The notes under the pieces were generated by a model. It made no database searches. It was not told where the DNA came from and saw only the letters and a list, made by a program, of their open reading frames with translations. The translations under genes were made by a program, and so were the position numbers. Shown here in pieces: positions 1 through 15,000 of a DNA stretch of 64,000 bases; positions within the stretch are counted from its first letter, which is position 1; the number at the start of each line of letters is the position of its first letter. Source of the stretch: Eledone cirrhosa. Lineage: Eukaryota. Where the stretch lies: contig OZ024740.1 of the NCBI GenBank assembly GCA_964016885.1, positions 319,362,001 through 319,426,000 of the forward strand, given 5' to 3'.

Positions 1-3000
1 CAGGATTGTCACGTCTATTTCCACAACTTACATTCTATCTGATATTCTAACGACTCTACCAATTCGAAGTCTTTCTACTACAATACTAACAACAAATAAT
101 TTAGGATTGTCTCGTCTATTTCCACAACTTACATTCTATCTGACGTTCTAACGATTCTACCCATTCGCTGTATTTCTACTAAAATACTAACTTCAAATAA
201 TCCAGGATTGTCTCGTCTATTTCCACAGCTTACATTCTATCTGACGTTCTAACGATTCTACCCATTCGCTGTATTTGAACTAAAATACTAACTTCAAATA
301 ATCCAGGATTGTCTCGTCTATTTCCACAACACACATTCTAACTGACATTCTAACGACTCTACCAATTCGAAGTCTTTCTACTACAATACTCACAACAAAT
401 CATCCAGGATTGTCTCCTCTATTTCCACAACATACATTCTATCTGACATTCAATCGACTATATCAATTCGAAGTCTTTCTACTACAATACTAACAACAAA
501 TAATCCAGGATTGTCTCGTCTATTTCCACAAGTTACATTCTATCTGACATTCTAACGACTCTACCAATTCGAAGTCTTTCTACTACAATACTAACTTTAA
601 ATAATCCAGGATTGTCTCCTCTATTTCAACAACTTACGTTCTATCTGACATTCTAACGACTCTACCAATTCGAGGTCTTTCTACTACAATACTCACAACA
701 AATAATCCAGGATTGTCTCGTCTATTTCCACACCTTACATTCTATCTGACATTCTAACGACTCTACCAATTCGCTGTATTTCTACTACAATACTAACTTC
801 AAATAATCCAGGATTGTCTCATCTATTTCCACAACTTACATTCTATCTGATATTCGAACGACTCTACCAATTCGAAGTATTTCTACTACAATACTAACAA
901 CAAATAATGCAGGATTGTCTCGTCTATTTCCACGACTTACATTCTATCTGACATTCTAACGACTCTACCAATTCGAAGTCTTTGTACTACAATACTCACA
1001 ACAAATAATCAAGGATTGTATCGTCTATTTCCACAACTTACATTCTATCTGACATTCTAACGACTCTACCAATTTGAAGTCTTTCTACTACGATACTCAC
1101 AACAAATAGTCCAGAATTGTCTCGTCTATTTCCACAACTTACACTCTATCTGACATTCAAACGACTCTATCAATTCGAAGTCTTTCTCCTACAATACTAA
1201 CTTCAAATAATCCAGGATTGTCTCGTCTATTTCCACAACTTACATTCTATCTGACATTCTAACGACTCTACCAATTCGAGGTCTTTCTACTACAATACTC
1301 ACAACAAATAATCCAGGATTGTCTCGTCTATTTCCACACCTTACATTCTATCTGACATTCTAACGACTCTACCAATTCGAAGTCTTTCTACTACAATACT
1401 AACTTTCATTAATCCAGGATTGCCTCCTCTATTTCCACAACTTACATTCTATCTGACATGCTAACGACTCTACCAATTCGCTGTATTTCTACTACAATAC
1501 TCACAATAAATAATCCAGCATAGTCTTGTCTATTTCCACAACACACATTCTAACTGACATTCTAACGACTCTACCAATTCGAAGTCTTTCTACTACAATA
1601 CTCACAACAAATCATCCAGGATTGTCTCCTCTATTTCCACAACTTACCTTCTATCTGACGTTCAATCGACTCTATAAATTCGAAGTCTTTCTACTACAAT
1701 ACGAACAACAAATAATCCAGGATTGTCTCGTCTATTTCCACAACTTACATTCTATCTGACATTCTAACGACTCTACCAATTCGAAGTCTTTCTACTACAA
1801 TACTAACAACAAATAATCTAGGATTGTCTCGTCTATTTCCACAACTTACATTCTATCTGACATTCAATCGTCTCTATCAATTCGAAGTCTTTCTACTACA
1901 ATACTAACAACAAATAATCCAGGATTGTCTCGTCTATTTCAACAACTTACATTCTATCTGACATTCTAACGACTCTACCAATTCGCTGTATTTCTACTAC
2001 AATACTCACAACAAATAATCCAGCATAGTCTTGTCTATTTCCACAACACACATTCTAACTGACATTCTAACGACTCTATCAATTCGAAGTCTTTCTACTA
2101 CAATACTAACTTCAAATAATCCAGGATTGTCTCGTCTATTTCCACAACTTACATTCTATTTGACATTCTAACGACTCTACCAATTCGAAGTCTTTCTACT
2201 ACAATACTAACAACAAATAATCTAGGATTGTCTCGTCTATTTCCACAACTTACATACTATCTGACATTCTAACGACTCTACCAATTCGAAGTCTTTCTAC
2301 TACAATACTAACTTTAAATAATCCAGGATTGTCTCTTCTATTTCAACAACTTAATTCTATCTGACATTCTAACAACTCTACCAATTCGAGGTCTTTCTAC
2401 TACAATACTCACAACAAATAATCCAGGATTGTCTCGTCTATTTCCACACCTTACATTCTATCTGACATTCTAACGACTCTACCAATTCGAAGTCTTTCTA
2501 CTACAATACTCACAACAAATAATCCAGGATTGTCTCGTCTATTTCCACAACTTACATACTATCTGACACTCTAACGACTCTACCAATTCGAAGTCTTTCT
2601 ACTACAATACTAACTTTAAATAATCCAGGATTGTCTCGTCTATTTCCACACCTTACATTCTATCTGACATTCTAACGACTCTACCAATTCGAAGTCTTTC
2701 TACTACAATACTCACAACAAATAATCCAGGATTGTCTCGTCTATTTCCACAATTTACATTCTATCTGACAGTCTAACGACTCTACCAATTCGAAGTCTTT
2801 CTACTACAATACTAACTTTCATTAATCCAGGATCGTCTCCTCTATTTCCACAACTTACATTCTATCTGACATGCTAACGACTCTACCAATTCGCTGTATT
2901 TCTACTACAATACTCACAATAAATAATCCAGCATAGTCTTGTCTATTTCCACAACACACATTCTAACTGACATTCTAACGACTCTACCAATTCGAAGTCT

Positions 3001-6000
3001 TTCTACTACAATACTCACAACAAATCATCCAGGATTGACTCCTCTATTTCCACAACATACATTCTATCTGACATTCAATCGACTCTATAAATTCGAAGTC
3101 TTTCTACTACAATACTAACAACAAATAATCCAGGATTGTATCGTCTATTTCCACAACTTACATTCTATCTGACATTCTAACGACTCTACCAATTCGAAGT
3201 CTTTCTACTACAATACTCACAACAAATAATCCAGAATTGTCTCGTCTATTTCCACAAATTACATTCTATCTGACATTCAAACGACTCTACCAATTCGAAG
3301 TCTTTCTACTACAATACTAACTTCAAATAATCCAGGATTGTCTCGTCTATTTCCACAACTTACATTCTATCGGACATTCTAACGACTCTACCAATTCGAA
3401 GTCTTTCTACTACAATACTAACAACAAATAATCTAGGATTGTCTCGTCTATTTCCACAACTTACATTTTATCTGATATTCTAACGACTCTACCTGTAAGC
3501 TGTATTTCTACTACAATACTAACTTCAAATAATCCAGGATTGTCACGTCTATTTCCACAACTTACATTCTATCTGACGTTCAATCGACTCTATAAATTCG
3601 AAGTCTTTCTACTACAATACTAACAACAAATAATCCAGGATTGTCTCGTCTATTTCCACAACTTACATTCTATCTGACATTCTAACGACTCTACCAATTC
3701 GAAGTCTTTCTACTACAATACTAACAACAAATAATCTCGGATTGTCTCGTCTATTTCCACAACTTACATTCTATCTGACATTCAATCGTCTCTATCAATT
3801 CGAAGTCTTTCTACTACAATACTAACAACAAATAATCCAGGATTGTCTCGTCTATTTCCACAATTTACATTCTATCTGACATTCTAACGACTCTACCAAT
3901 TCGAAGTCTTTCTACTACAATACTCACAACAAATAATCCAGGATTGTCTCGTCTATTTCCACACCTTACATTCTATCTGACATTCTAACGACTCTACCAA
4001 TTCGAAGTCTTTCTACTACAATACTCACAACAAATAATCCAGGATTGTCTCGTCTATTTCCAAAATTTACATTCTATCTGACATTCTAACGACTCTACCA
4101 ATTCGAAGTCTTTCTACTACAATTCTAACTTTCATTAATCCAGGATTGTCTCCTCTATTTCCACAAGTTACATTCTATCTGACATGCTAACGACTCTACT
4201 AATTCGCTGTATTTCTACTACAATACTCACAACAGATAATCCAGCATAGTCTTGTCTATTTCCACAACTTACATACTATCTGACATTCTAACGACTCTAC
4301 CAATTCGAAGTCTTTCTACTACAATACTAACTTTAAACAATCCAGGATTGTCTCCTCTATTTCAACAACTTACGTTCTATCTGACATTCTAACGACTCTA
4401 CCAATTCGAAGTATTTCTACTACAATACTAACAACAAATAATGCAGGATTGTCTCGTCTATTTCCACGACTTACATTCTATCTGACATTCTAACGACTCT
4501 ACCAATTCGAAGTCTTTCTACTACAATACTCACAACAAATAATCAAGGATTGTCTCGTCTATTTCCACAACGTACATTCTATCTGACATTCTAACGACTC
4601 TACCTATTCGAAGTCTTTCTACTACGATACTCACAACAAATAGTCCAGAATTGTCTCGTCTATTTCCACAACTTACACTCTATCTGACATTCAAACGACT
4701 CTATCAATTCGAAGTCTTTCTCCTACAATACTAACTTCAAATAATCCAGGATTGTCTCGTCTATTTCCACAACTTACATTCTATCTGACATTCTAAAGAC
4801 TCTACCAATTCGTAGTCTTTCTACTACAATACTAACAACAAATAATCTAGGATTGTCTCGTCTATTTCCAGAACTTACATTCTATCTGACGTTCAATCGA
4901 CTCTATAAATTCGAAGTCTTTCTACTACAATACTAACAACAAATAATCCAGGATTGTCTCGTCTATTTCCACAACTTACATTCTATCTGACATTCTAACG
5001 ACTCGACCAATTCGAAGTCTTTCTACTACAATACTCACAACAAATAATCCAGGATTGTCTCGTCTATTTCCACAATTTACATTCTATCTGACATTCTAAC
5101 GACTCTACCAATTCGAAGTCTTTCTACTACAATACTAACTTTCATTAATCCAGGATTGTCTCCTCTATTTCCACAACTTACATTCTATCTGACATGCTAA
5201 CGACTCTACTAGTTCGCTGTATTTCTACTACAATACTCACAACAAATAATCCAGCATAGTCTTGTCTATTTCCACAACTTACATACTATCTGACATTCTA
5301 ACGACTCTACCAATTCGAAGTCTTTCTACTACAATACTAACTTCAAATAATCCAGGATTGTCTCATCTATTTCCACAACTTACATTCTATCTGATATTCG
5401 AACGACTCTACCAATTCGAAGTATTTCTACTACAATACTAACAACAAATAATGCAGGATTGTCTCGTCTATTTCCACGACTTACATTCTATCTGACATTC
5501 TAACGACTCTACCAATTCGAAGTCTTTGTACTACAATACTCACAACAAATAATCAAGGATTGTATCCTCTATTTCCACAACTTACATTCTATCTGACATT
5601 CTAACGACTCTACCAATTTGAAGTCTTTCTACTACGATACTCACAACAAATAGTCCAGAATTGTCTCGTCTATTTCCACAACTTACACTCTATCTGACAT
5701 TCAAACGACTCTATCAATTCGAAGTCTTTCTCCTACAATACTAACTTCAAATAATCCAGGATTGTCTCGTCTATTTCCACAACTTACATTCTATCTGACA
5801 TTCTAACGACTCTACCAATTCGAAGTCTTTCTACTACAATACTAACTTTAAATAATCCAGGATTGTCTCCTCTATTTCAACAACTTACGTTCTATCTGAC
5901 ATTCTAACGACTCTACCAATTCGAAGTATTTCTACTACAATACTAACAACAAATAATGCAGGATTGTCTCGTCTATTTCCACGACTTACATTCTATCTGA

Positions 6001-9000
6001 CATTCTAACGACTCTACCAATTCGAAGTCTTTCTACTACAATACTCACAACAAATAATCAAGGATTGTCTCGTCTATTTCCACAACGTACATTCTATCTG
6101 ACATTCTAACGACTCTACCCATTCGAAGTTTTTCTACTACAATACTCACAACAAATAATCCAGGATTGTATCGTCTATTTCCACAACTTACATTCTATCT
6201 GACATTCTAACGACTCTACCAATTTGAAGTCTTTCTACTACGATACTCACAACAAATAGTCCAGAATTGTCTCGTCTATTTCCACAACTTACACTCTATC
6301 TGACATTCAAACGACTCTATCAATTCGAAGTCTTTCTCCTACAATACTAACTTCAAATAATCCAGGATTGTCTCGTCTTTTTCCACAACTTACATTCTAT
6401 CTGACATTCTAAAGACTCTACCAATTCGAAGTCTTTCTACTACAATACTAACAACAAATAATCTAGGATTGTCTCGTCTATTTCCAGAACTTACATTCTA
6501 TCTGACATTCAAACGAATCTACCAATTCGAAGTCTTTCTACTACAATACTCACAACAAATAATCAAGGATTGTATCGTCTATTTCCACAACTTACATTCT
6601 ATCTGACATTCTAACGACTCTACCAATTCGAAGTCTTTCTACTACAATACTCACAACAAATAATCCAGAATTGTCTCGTCTATTTCCACAACTTACATTC
6701 TATCTGACATTCAAACGACTCTACCAATTCGAAATCTTTCTACTACAATACTAACTTTAAATAATCCAGGATTGTCTCCTCTATTTCAACAACTTACATT
6801 ATATCTGACATTCTAACGACTCTACCAATTCGAAGTCTTTCTACTACAATACTAACAACAAATCATCCAGGATTGTCTCCTCTATTTCCACAACTTACAT
6901 TCTATCTGACGTTCAATCGACTCTATAAATTCGAAGTCTTTCTACTACAATACTAACAACAAATAATCCAGGATTGTCTCGTCTATTTCCACAACTTACA
7001 TTCTATCTGACATTCTAACGACTCTACCAATTCGAAGTCTTTCTACTACAATACTAACAACAAATAATCTAGGATTGTCTCGTCTATTTCCACAACTTAC
7101 ATTCTATCTGACATTCTAACGACTCGACCAATTCGAAGTCTTTCTACTACAATACTCACAACAAATAATCCAGGATTGTCTCGTCTATTTCCACAATTTA
7201 CATTCTATCTGACATTCTAACGACTCTACCAATTCGAAGTCTTTCTACTACAATACTAACTTTCATTAATCCAGGATTGTCTCCTCTATTTCCACAACTT
7301 ACATTCTATCTGACATGCTAACGACTCTACTAGTTCGCTGTATTTCTACTACAATACTCACAACAAATAATCCAGCATAGTCTTGTCTATTTCCACAACT
7401 TACATACTATCTGACATTCTAACGACTCTACCAATTCGAAGTCTTTCTACTACAATACTAACTTCAAATAATCCAGGATTGTCTCATCTATTTCCACAAC
7501 TTACATTATATCTGATATTCGAACGACTCTACCAATTCGAAGTATTTCTACTACAATACTAACAACAAATAATGCAGGATTGTCTCGTCTATTTCCACGA
7601 CTTACATTCTATCTGACATTCTAACGACTCTACCAATTCGAAGTCTTTGTACTACAATACTCACAACAAATAATCAAGGATTGTATCGTCTATTTCCACA
7701 ACTTACATTCTATCTGACATTCTAACGACTCTACCAATTTGAAGTCTTTCTACTACGATACTCACAACAAATAGTCCAGAATTGTCTCGTCTATTTCCAC
7801 AACTTACACTCTATCTGACATTCAAACGACTCTATCAATTCGAAGTCTTTCTCCTACAATACTAACTTCAAATAATCCAGGATTGTCTCGTCTATTTCCA
7901 CAACTTACATTCTATCTGACATTCTAACGACTCCACCAATTCGAGGTCTTTCTACTACAATACTCACAACAAATAATCCAGGATTGTCTCGTCTATTTCC
8001 ACACCTTACATTCTATCTGACATTCTAACGACTCTACCAATTCGAAGTCTTTCTACTACAATACTAACAACAAATAATCTCGGATTGTCTCGTCTATTTC
8101 CACAACTTACATTCTATCTGACATTCAATCGTCTCTATCAATTCGAAGTCTTTCTACTACAATACTAACAACAAATAATCCAGGATTGTCTCGTCTATTT
8201 CCACAATTTACATTCTATCTGACATTCTAACGACTCTACCAATTCGAAGTCTTTCTACTACAATACTCACAACAAATAATCCAGGATTGTCTCGTCTATT
8301 TCCACACCTTACATTCTATCTGACATTCTAACGACTCTACCAATTCGAAGTCTTTCTACTACAATACTCACAACAAATAATCCAGGATTGTCTCGTCTAT
8401 TTCCACAATTTACATTCTATCTGACATTCTAACGACTCTACCAATTCGAAGTCTTTCTACTACAATTCTAACTTTCATTAATCCAGGATTGTCTCCTCTA
8501 TTTCCACAAGTTACATTCTATCTGACATGCTAACGACTCTACTAATTCGCTGTATTTCTACTACAATACTCACAACAGATAATCCAGCATAGTCTTGTCT
8601 ATTTCCACAACTTACATACTATCTGACATTCTAACGACTCTACCAATTCGAAGTCTTTCTACTACAATACTAACTTTAAACAATCCAGGATTGTCTCCTC
8701 TATTTCAACAACTTACGTTCTATCTGACATTCTAACGACTCTACCAATTCGAAGTATTTCTACTACAATACTAACAACAAATAATGCAGGATTGTCTCGT
8801 CTATTTCCACGACTTACATTCTATCTGACATTCTAACGACTCTACCAATTCGAAGTCTTTCTACTACAATACTCACAACAAATAATCAAGGATTGTCTCG
8901 TCTATTTCCACAACGTACATTCTATCTGACATTCTAACGACTCTACCTATTCGAAGTCTTTCTACTACGATACTCACAACAAATAGTCCAGAATTGTCTC

Positions 9001-12000
9001 GTCTATTTCCACAACTTACACTCTATCTGACATTCAAACGACTCTATCAATTCGAAGTCTTTCTCCTACAATACTAACTTCAAATAATCCAGGATTGTCT
9101 CGTCTATTTCCACAACTTACATTCTATCTGACATTCTAAAGACTCTACCAATTCGAAGTCTTTCTACTACAATACTAACAACAAATAATCTAGGATTGTC
9201 TCGTCTATTTCCAGAACTTACATTCTATCTGACATTCAAACGAATCTACCAATTCGAAGTCTTTCTACCACAATACTCACAACAAATAGTCAAGGATTGT
9301 ATCGTCTATTTCCACAACTTACATTCTATCTGACATTCTAACGACTCTACCAATTCGACGTCTTTCTACTACAATACTCACAACAAATAATCCAGAATTG
9401 TCTCGACTATTTCCACAACTTACATTCTATCTGACATTCAAACGACTCTACCAATTCGAAATCTTTCTACTACAATACTAACTTTAAATAATCCAGGATT
9501 GTCTCCTCTATTTCAACAACTTACATTATATCTGACATTCTAACGACTCTACCAATTCGAAGTCTTTCTACTACAATACTAACAACAAATCATCCAGGAT
9601 TGTCTCCTCTATTTCCACAACTTACATTCTATCTGACGTTCAATCGACTCTATAAATTCGAAGTCTTTCTACTACAATACTAACAACAAATAATCCAGGA
9701 TTGTCTCGTCTATTTCCACAACTTACATTCTATCTGACATTCTAACGACTCGACCAATTCGAAGTCTTTCTACTACAATACTCACAACAAATAATCCAGG
9801 ATTGTCTCGTCTATTTCCACAATTTACATTCTATCTGACATTCTAACGACTCTACCAATTCGAAGTCTTTCTACTACAATACTAACTTTCATTAATCCAG
9901 GATTGTCTCCTCTATTTCCACAACTTACATTCTATCTGACATGCTAACGACTCTACTAGTTCGCTGTATTTCTACTACAATACTCACAACAAATAATCCA
10001 GCATAGTCTTGTCTATTTCCACAACTTACATACTATCTGACATTCTAACGACTCTACCAATTCGAAGTCTTTCTACTACAATACTAACTTCAAATAATCC
10101 AGGATTGTCTCATCTATTTCCACAACTTACATTCTATCTGATATTCGAACGACTCTACCAATTCGAAGTATTTCTACTACAATACTAACAACAAATAATG
10201 CAGGATTGTCTCGTCTATTTCCACGACTTACATTCTATCTGACATTCTAACGACTCTACCAATTCGAAGTCTTTGTACTACAATACTCACAACAAATAAT
10301 CAAGGATTGTATCCTCTATTTCCACAACTTACATTCTATCTGACATTCTAACGACTCTACCAATTTGAAGTCTTTCTACTACGATACTCACAACAAATAG
10401 TCCAGAATTGTCTCGTCTATTTCCACAACTTACACTCTATCTGACATTCAAACGACTCTATCAATTCGAAGTCTTTCTCCTACAATACTAACTTCAAATA
10501 ATCCAGGATTGTCTCGTCTATTTCCACAACTTACATTCTATCTGACATTCTAACGACTCTACCAATTCGAAGTCTTTCTACTACAATACTAACTTTAAAT
10601 AATCCAGGATTGTCTCCTCTATTTCAACAACTTACGTTCTATCTGACATTCTAACGACTCTACCAATTCGAAGTATTTCTACTACAATACTAACAACAAA
10701 TAATGCAGGATTGTCTCGTCTATTTCCACGACTTACATTCTATCTGACATTCTAACGACTCTACCAATTCGAAGTCTTTCTACTACAATACTCACAACAA
10801 ATAATCAAGGATTGTCTCGTCTATTTCCACAACGTACATTCTATCTGACATTCTAACGACTCTACCCATTCGAAGTTTTTCTACTACAATACTCACAACA
10901 AATAATCCAGGATTGTATCGTCTATTTCCACAACTTACATTCTATCTGACATTCTAACGACTCTACCAATTTGAAGTCTTTCTACTACGATACTCACAAC
11001 AAATAGTCCAGAATTGTCTCGTCTATTTCCACAACTTACACTCTATCTGACATTCAAACGACTCTATCAATTCGAAGTCTTTCTCCTACAATACTAACTT
11101 CAAATAATCCAGGATTGTCTCGTCTTTTTCCACAACTTACATTCTATCTGACATTCTAAAGACTCTACCAATTCGAAGTCTTTCTACTACAATACTAACA
11201 ACAAATAATCTAGGATTGTCTCGTCTATTTCCAGAACTTACATTCTATCTGACATTCAAACGAATCTACCAATTCGAAGTCTTTCTACTACAATACTCAC
11301 AACAAATAATCAAGGATTGTATCGTCTATTTCCACAACTTACATTCTATCTGACATTCTAACGACTCTACCAATTCGAAGTCTTTCTACTACAATACTCA
11401 CAACAAATAATCCAGAATTGTCTCGTCTATTTCCACAACTTACATTCTATCTGACATTCAAACGACTCTACCAATTCGAAATCTTTCTACTACAATACTA
11501 ACTTTAAATAATCCAGGATTGTCTCCTCTATTTCAACAACTTACATTATATCTGACATTCTAACGACTCTACCAATTCGAAGTCTTTCTACTACAATACT
11601 AACAACAAATCATCCAGGATTGTCTCCTCTATTTCCACAACTTACATTCTATCTGACGTTCAATCGACTCTATAAATTCGAAGTCTTTCTACTACAATAC
11701 TAACAACAAATAATCCAGGATTGTCTCGTCTATTTCCACAACTTACATTCTATCTGACATTCTAACGACTCTACCAATTCGAAGTCTTTCTACTACAATA
11801 CTAACAACAAATAATCTAGGATTGTCTCGTCTATTTCCACAACTTACATTCTATCTGACATTCTAACGACTCGACCAATTCGAAGTCTTTCTACTACAAT
11901 ACTCACAACAAATAATCCAGGATTGTCTCGTCTATTTCCACAATTTACATTCTATCTGACATTCTAACGACTCTACCAATTCGAAGTCTTTCTACTACAA

Positions 12001-15000
12001 TACTAACTTTCATTAATCCAGGATTGTCTCCTCTATTTCCACAACTTACATTCTATCTGACATGCTAACGACTCTACTAGTTCGCTGTATTTCTACTACA
12101 ATACTCACAACAAATAATCCAGCATAGTCTTGTCTATTTCCACAACTTACATACTATCTGACATTCTAACGACTCTACCAATTCGAAGTCTTTCTACTAC
12201 AATACTAACTTCAAATAATCCAGGATTGTCTCATCTATTTCCACAACTTACATTATATCTGATATTCGAACGACTCTACCAATTCGAAGTATTTCTACTA
12301 CAATACTAACAACAAATAATGCAGGATTGTCTCGTCTATTTCCACGACTTACATTCTATCTGACATTCTAACGACTCTACCAATTCGAAGTCTTTGTACT
12401 ACAATACTCACAACAAATAATCAAGGATTGTATCGTCTATTTCCACAACTTACATTCTATCTGACATTCTAACGACTCTACCAATTTGAAGTCTTTCTAC
12501 TACGATACTCACAACAAATAGTCCAGAATTGTCTCGTCTATTTCCACAACTTACACTCTATCTGACATTCAAACGACTCTATCAATTCGAAGTCTTTCTC
12601 CTACAATACTAACTTCAAATAATCCAGGATTGTCTCGTCTATTTCCACAACTTACATTCTATCTGACATTCTAACGACTCTACCAATTCGAGGTCTTTCT
12701 ACTACAATACTCACAACAAATAATCCAGGATTGTCTCGTCTATTTCCACACCTTACATTCTATCTGACATTCTAACGACTCTACCAATTCGAAGTCTTTC
12801 TACTACAATACTAACTTTCATTAATCCAGGATTGTCTCCTCTATTTCCACAACTTACATTCTATCTGACATGCTAACGACTCTACCAATTCGCTGTATTT
12901 CTACTACAATACTCACAATAAATAATCCAGCATAGTCTTGTCTATTTCCACAACACACATTCTAACTGACATTCTAACGACTCTACCAATTCGAAGTCTT
13001 TCTACTACAATACTCACAACAAATCATCCAGGATTGTCTCCTCTATTTCCACAACTTACATTCTATCTGACGATCAATCGACTCTATAAATTCGAAGTCT
13101 TTCTACTACAATACGAACAACAAATAATCCAGGATTGTCTCGTCTATTTCCACAACTTACATTCTATCTGACATTCTAACGACTCTACCAATTCGAAGTC
13201 TTTCTACTACAATACTAACAACAAATAATCTAGGATTGTCTCGTCTATTTCCACAACTTACATTCTATCTGACATTCAATCGTCTCTATCAATTCGAAGT
13301 CTTTCTACTACAATACTAACAACAAATAATCCAGGATTGTCTCGTCTATTTCCACAACTTACATTCTATCTGACATTCTAACGACTCTACCAATTCGCTG
13401 TATTTCTACTACAATACTCACAACAAATAATCCAGCATAGTCTTGTCTATTTCCACAACACACATTCTAACTGACATTCTAACGACTCTATCAATTCGAA
13501 GTCTTTCTACTACAATACTAACTTCAAATAATCCAGGATTGTCTCATCTATTTCCACAACTTACATTCTATTTGACATTCTAACGACTCTACCAATTCGA
13601 AGTCTTTCTACTACAATACTAACAACAAATAATCTAGGATTGTCTCGTCTATTTCCACAACTTACATACTATCTGACATTCTAACGACTCTACCAATTCG
13701 AAGTCTTTCTACTACAATACTAACTTTAAATAATCCAGGATTGTCTCTTCTATTTCAACAACTTAATTCTATCTGACATTCTAACAACTCTACCAATTCG
13801 AGGTCTTTCTACTACAATACTCACAACAAATAATCCAGGATTGTCTCGTCTATTTCCACACCTTACATTCTATCTGACATTCTAACGACTCTACCAATTC
13901 GAAGTCTTTCTACTACAATACTCACAACAAATAATCCAGGATTGTCTCGTCTATTTCCACAACTTACATACTATCTGACACTCTAACGACTCTACCAATT
14001 CGAAGTCTTTCTACTACAATACTAACTTTAAATAATCCAGGATTGTCTCGTCTATTTCCACACCTTACATTCTATCTGACATTCTAACGACTCTACCAAT
14101 TCGAAGTCTTTCTACTACAATACTCACAACAAATAATCCAGGATTGTCTCGTCTATTTCCACAATTTACATTCTATCTGACAGTCTAACGACTCTACCAA
14201 TTCGAAGTCTTTCTACTACAATACTAACTTTCATTAATCCAGGATCGTCTCCTCTATTTCCACAACTTACATACTATCTGACATGCTAACGACTCTACCA
14301 ATTCGCTGTATTTCTACTACAATACTCACAATAAATAATCCAGCATAGTCTTGTCTATTTCCACAACACACATTCTAACTGACATTCTAACGACTCTACC
14401 AATTCGAAGTCTTTCTACTACAATACTCACAACAAATCATCCAGGATTGACTCCTCTATTTCCACAACATACATTCTATCTGACATTCAATCGACTCTAT
14501 AAATTCGAAGTCTTTCTACTACAATACTAACAACAAATAATCCAGGATTGTATCGTCTATTTCCACAACTTACATTCTATCTGACATTCTAACGACTCTA
14601 CCAATTCGAAGTCTTTCTACTACAATACTCACAACAAATAATCCAGAATTGTCTCGTCTATTTCCACAACTTACATTCTATCTGACATTCAAACGACTCT
14701 ACCAATTCGAAGTCTTTCTACTACAATACTAACTTCAAATAATCCAGGATTGTCTCGTCTATTTCCACAACTTACATTCTATCGGACATTCTAACGACTC
14801 TACCAATTCGAAGTCTTTCTACTACAATACTAACAACAAATAATCTAGGATTGTCTCGTCTATTTCCACAACTTACATTTTATCTGATATTCTAACGACT
14901 CTACCCGTAAGCTGTATTTCTACTACAATACTAACTTCAAATAATCCAGGATTGTCACGTCTATTTCCACAACTTACATTCTATCTGACGTTCAATCGAC

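Noticed and set aside
60-80. CENP-B box or Pol III B-box in the monomer (ATTCGAAGTC)
   Set aside because: It lacks the TTCG....A..CGGG pattern of the CENP-B box. As a B-box it lacks the leading G and lies on the opposite strand to the A-box-like motif.
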